Source of the DNA: an uncultured delta proteobacterium | Lineage (GTDB): Bacteria; Myxococcota; Myxococcia; Myxococcales; Anaeromyxobacteraceae | DNA length: 64,000 nt | Direction: 5' to 3' | Assembly: GCA_963814585.1 (NCBI GenBank) | Contig: CAWFDF010000010.1 | Coordinates: 1-64,000, forward strand | In this document: positions 63,296-64,000 of the stretch, one piece after another | Layout of the letters: each line of letters opens with the position of its first letter | How positions within the stretch are numbered: the first letter of the stretch is position 1 | Notes under the pieces: generated by a model | Database searches by the model: none | What the model was told of the DNA's origin: nothing | What the model saw: only the letters and a program-made list of their open reading frames with translations | Translations under genes and position numbers: made by a program

Positions 63296-64000
63296 GTTGC
63301 GGACCTCAACGAGCTCGCGGTCTTCGGGGCCGTCGCGCGGCGACGCAGCTTCACCGGCGGGGCCCGGGCGCTGCGCCTCCCCAAGGCCACGGTGAGCCGG
63401 AAGGTCCGGGCGCTGGAGGCGCGCCTGGGCGTCCGGCTGCTGCAGCGGACCACCCGGACGGTCAGCCTGACCGAGGCCGGCGAGGCGCTGCTGGCCCGCT
63501 GGCGGCTCATCGAGGAGCAGCTCGACGACGCCGACGCGGCGGTGGGGCGGCTGCGAGGGACCCCGCGCGGCCTGCTCCGGGTGGCGGCCCCGCCCACCCT
63601 GATGGCCGAGTGGGTGGCCCCGCTGGCCGCACAGTTCCTGGCCCGCCACCCCGACGTCCGGATCGAGCTGCTGTCGCGCAGCGAGCCGGTCGAGCTGCTG
63701 GGCCGCGGCGCTGACCTCGTCGTGACCCACGGGGCGCAGCACGACTCCTCGCAGCTGACCCGGCTGCTGGGCTCCATCCCCACGGGCCTGTTCGCCGCCC
63801 CGGTCTACCTCGCCCGGCGCGGTGTACCCGCCACTCCCGAGGCGCTCGCCGACCACGCCGCCATCTTCCTGGCACCGAGCCCGCTCACGCCGCGGGAGTG
63901 GCGGCTGCGGCGCGGGCGGCGGGAGGTGGCGGTGCCGCTCTCGCCACGGCTCACCGCCAACGACCTCCGCCCCCTGATCGCCGGGGTCCAGGCCGGAGCG
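63284..64000 (+). CDS. LysR-family transcriptional regulator, 3'-truncated by window edge
   Basis: [40 protein letters not shown]. Confidence 0.92.
   Translation, partial: MGGTVADLNELAVFGAVARRRSFTGGARALRLPKATVSRKVRALEARLGVRLLQRTTRTVSLTEAGEALLARWRLIEEQLDDADAAVGRLRGTPRGLLRVAAPPTLMAEWVAPLAAQFLARHPDVRIELLSRSEPVELLGRGADLVVTHGAQHDSSQLTRLLGSIPTGLFAAPVYLARRGVPATPEALADHAAIFLAPSPLTPREWRLRRGRREVAVPLSPRLTANDLRPLIAGVQAGA

Overview
Very GC-rich bacterial DNA whose gene content resembles Myxococcota (Anaeromyxobacter-like; inferred, not searched). Housekeeping genes (ygiQ-family radical SAM, mnmA, bioA, bioD, an HtrA protease, thiE, thiD, dnaB, metH, lolA, rimO) flank two accessory-looking blocks. Block 1 (about 12.2-42.7 kb, between dnaB and metH) is rich in exported proteins: a DcaP-like porin, a Cys-repeat/beta-barrel fusion, a NarX/NarL-type two-component system, DUF1329, DUF1302, DUF1254/1214, DUF2490, an arylsulfatase, further barrels and lipoproteins, a GH63-GH13 pair and two patatins. 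An 18-bp palindromic motif recurs in three of its intergenic regions. Block 2 (about 47.3-61.1 kb) holds the best novelty candidate: a co-oriented archease - rtcB - cyclic-nucleotide-binding/transglutaminase fusion - Nudix cluster, preceded directly by a 175-nt element with a perfect 21-bp terminal inverted repeat and a competing alternative helix. The block also carries an FNR-type box, a NOX-like oxidoreductase with an unannotated 30-aa upstream ORF, and aguB/aguA. Many single-base frameshifts occur in patches and are probably sequencing errors. I recognised no rRNA, tRNA, CRISPR array, integrase or transposase. All family assignments come from motif recognition by eye.
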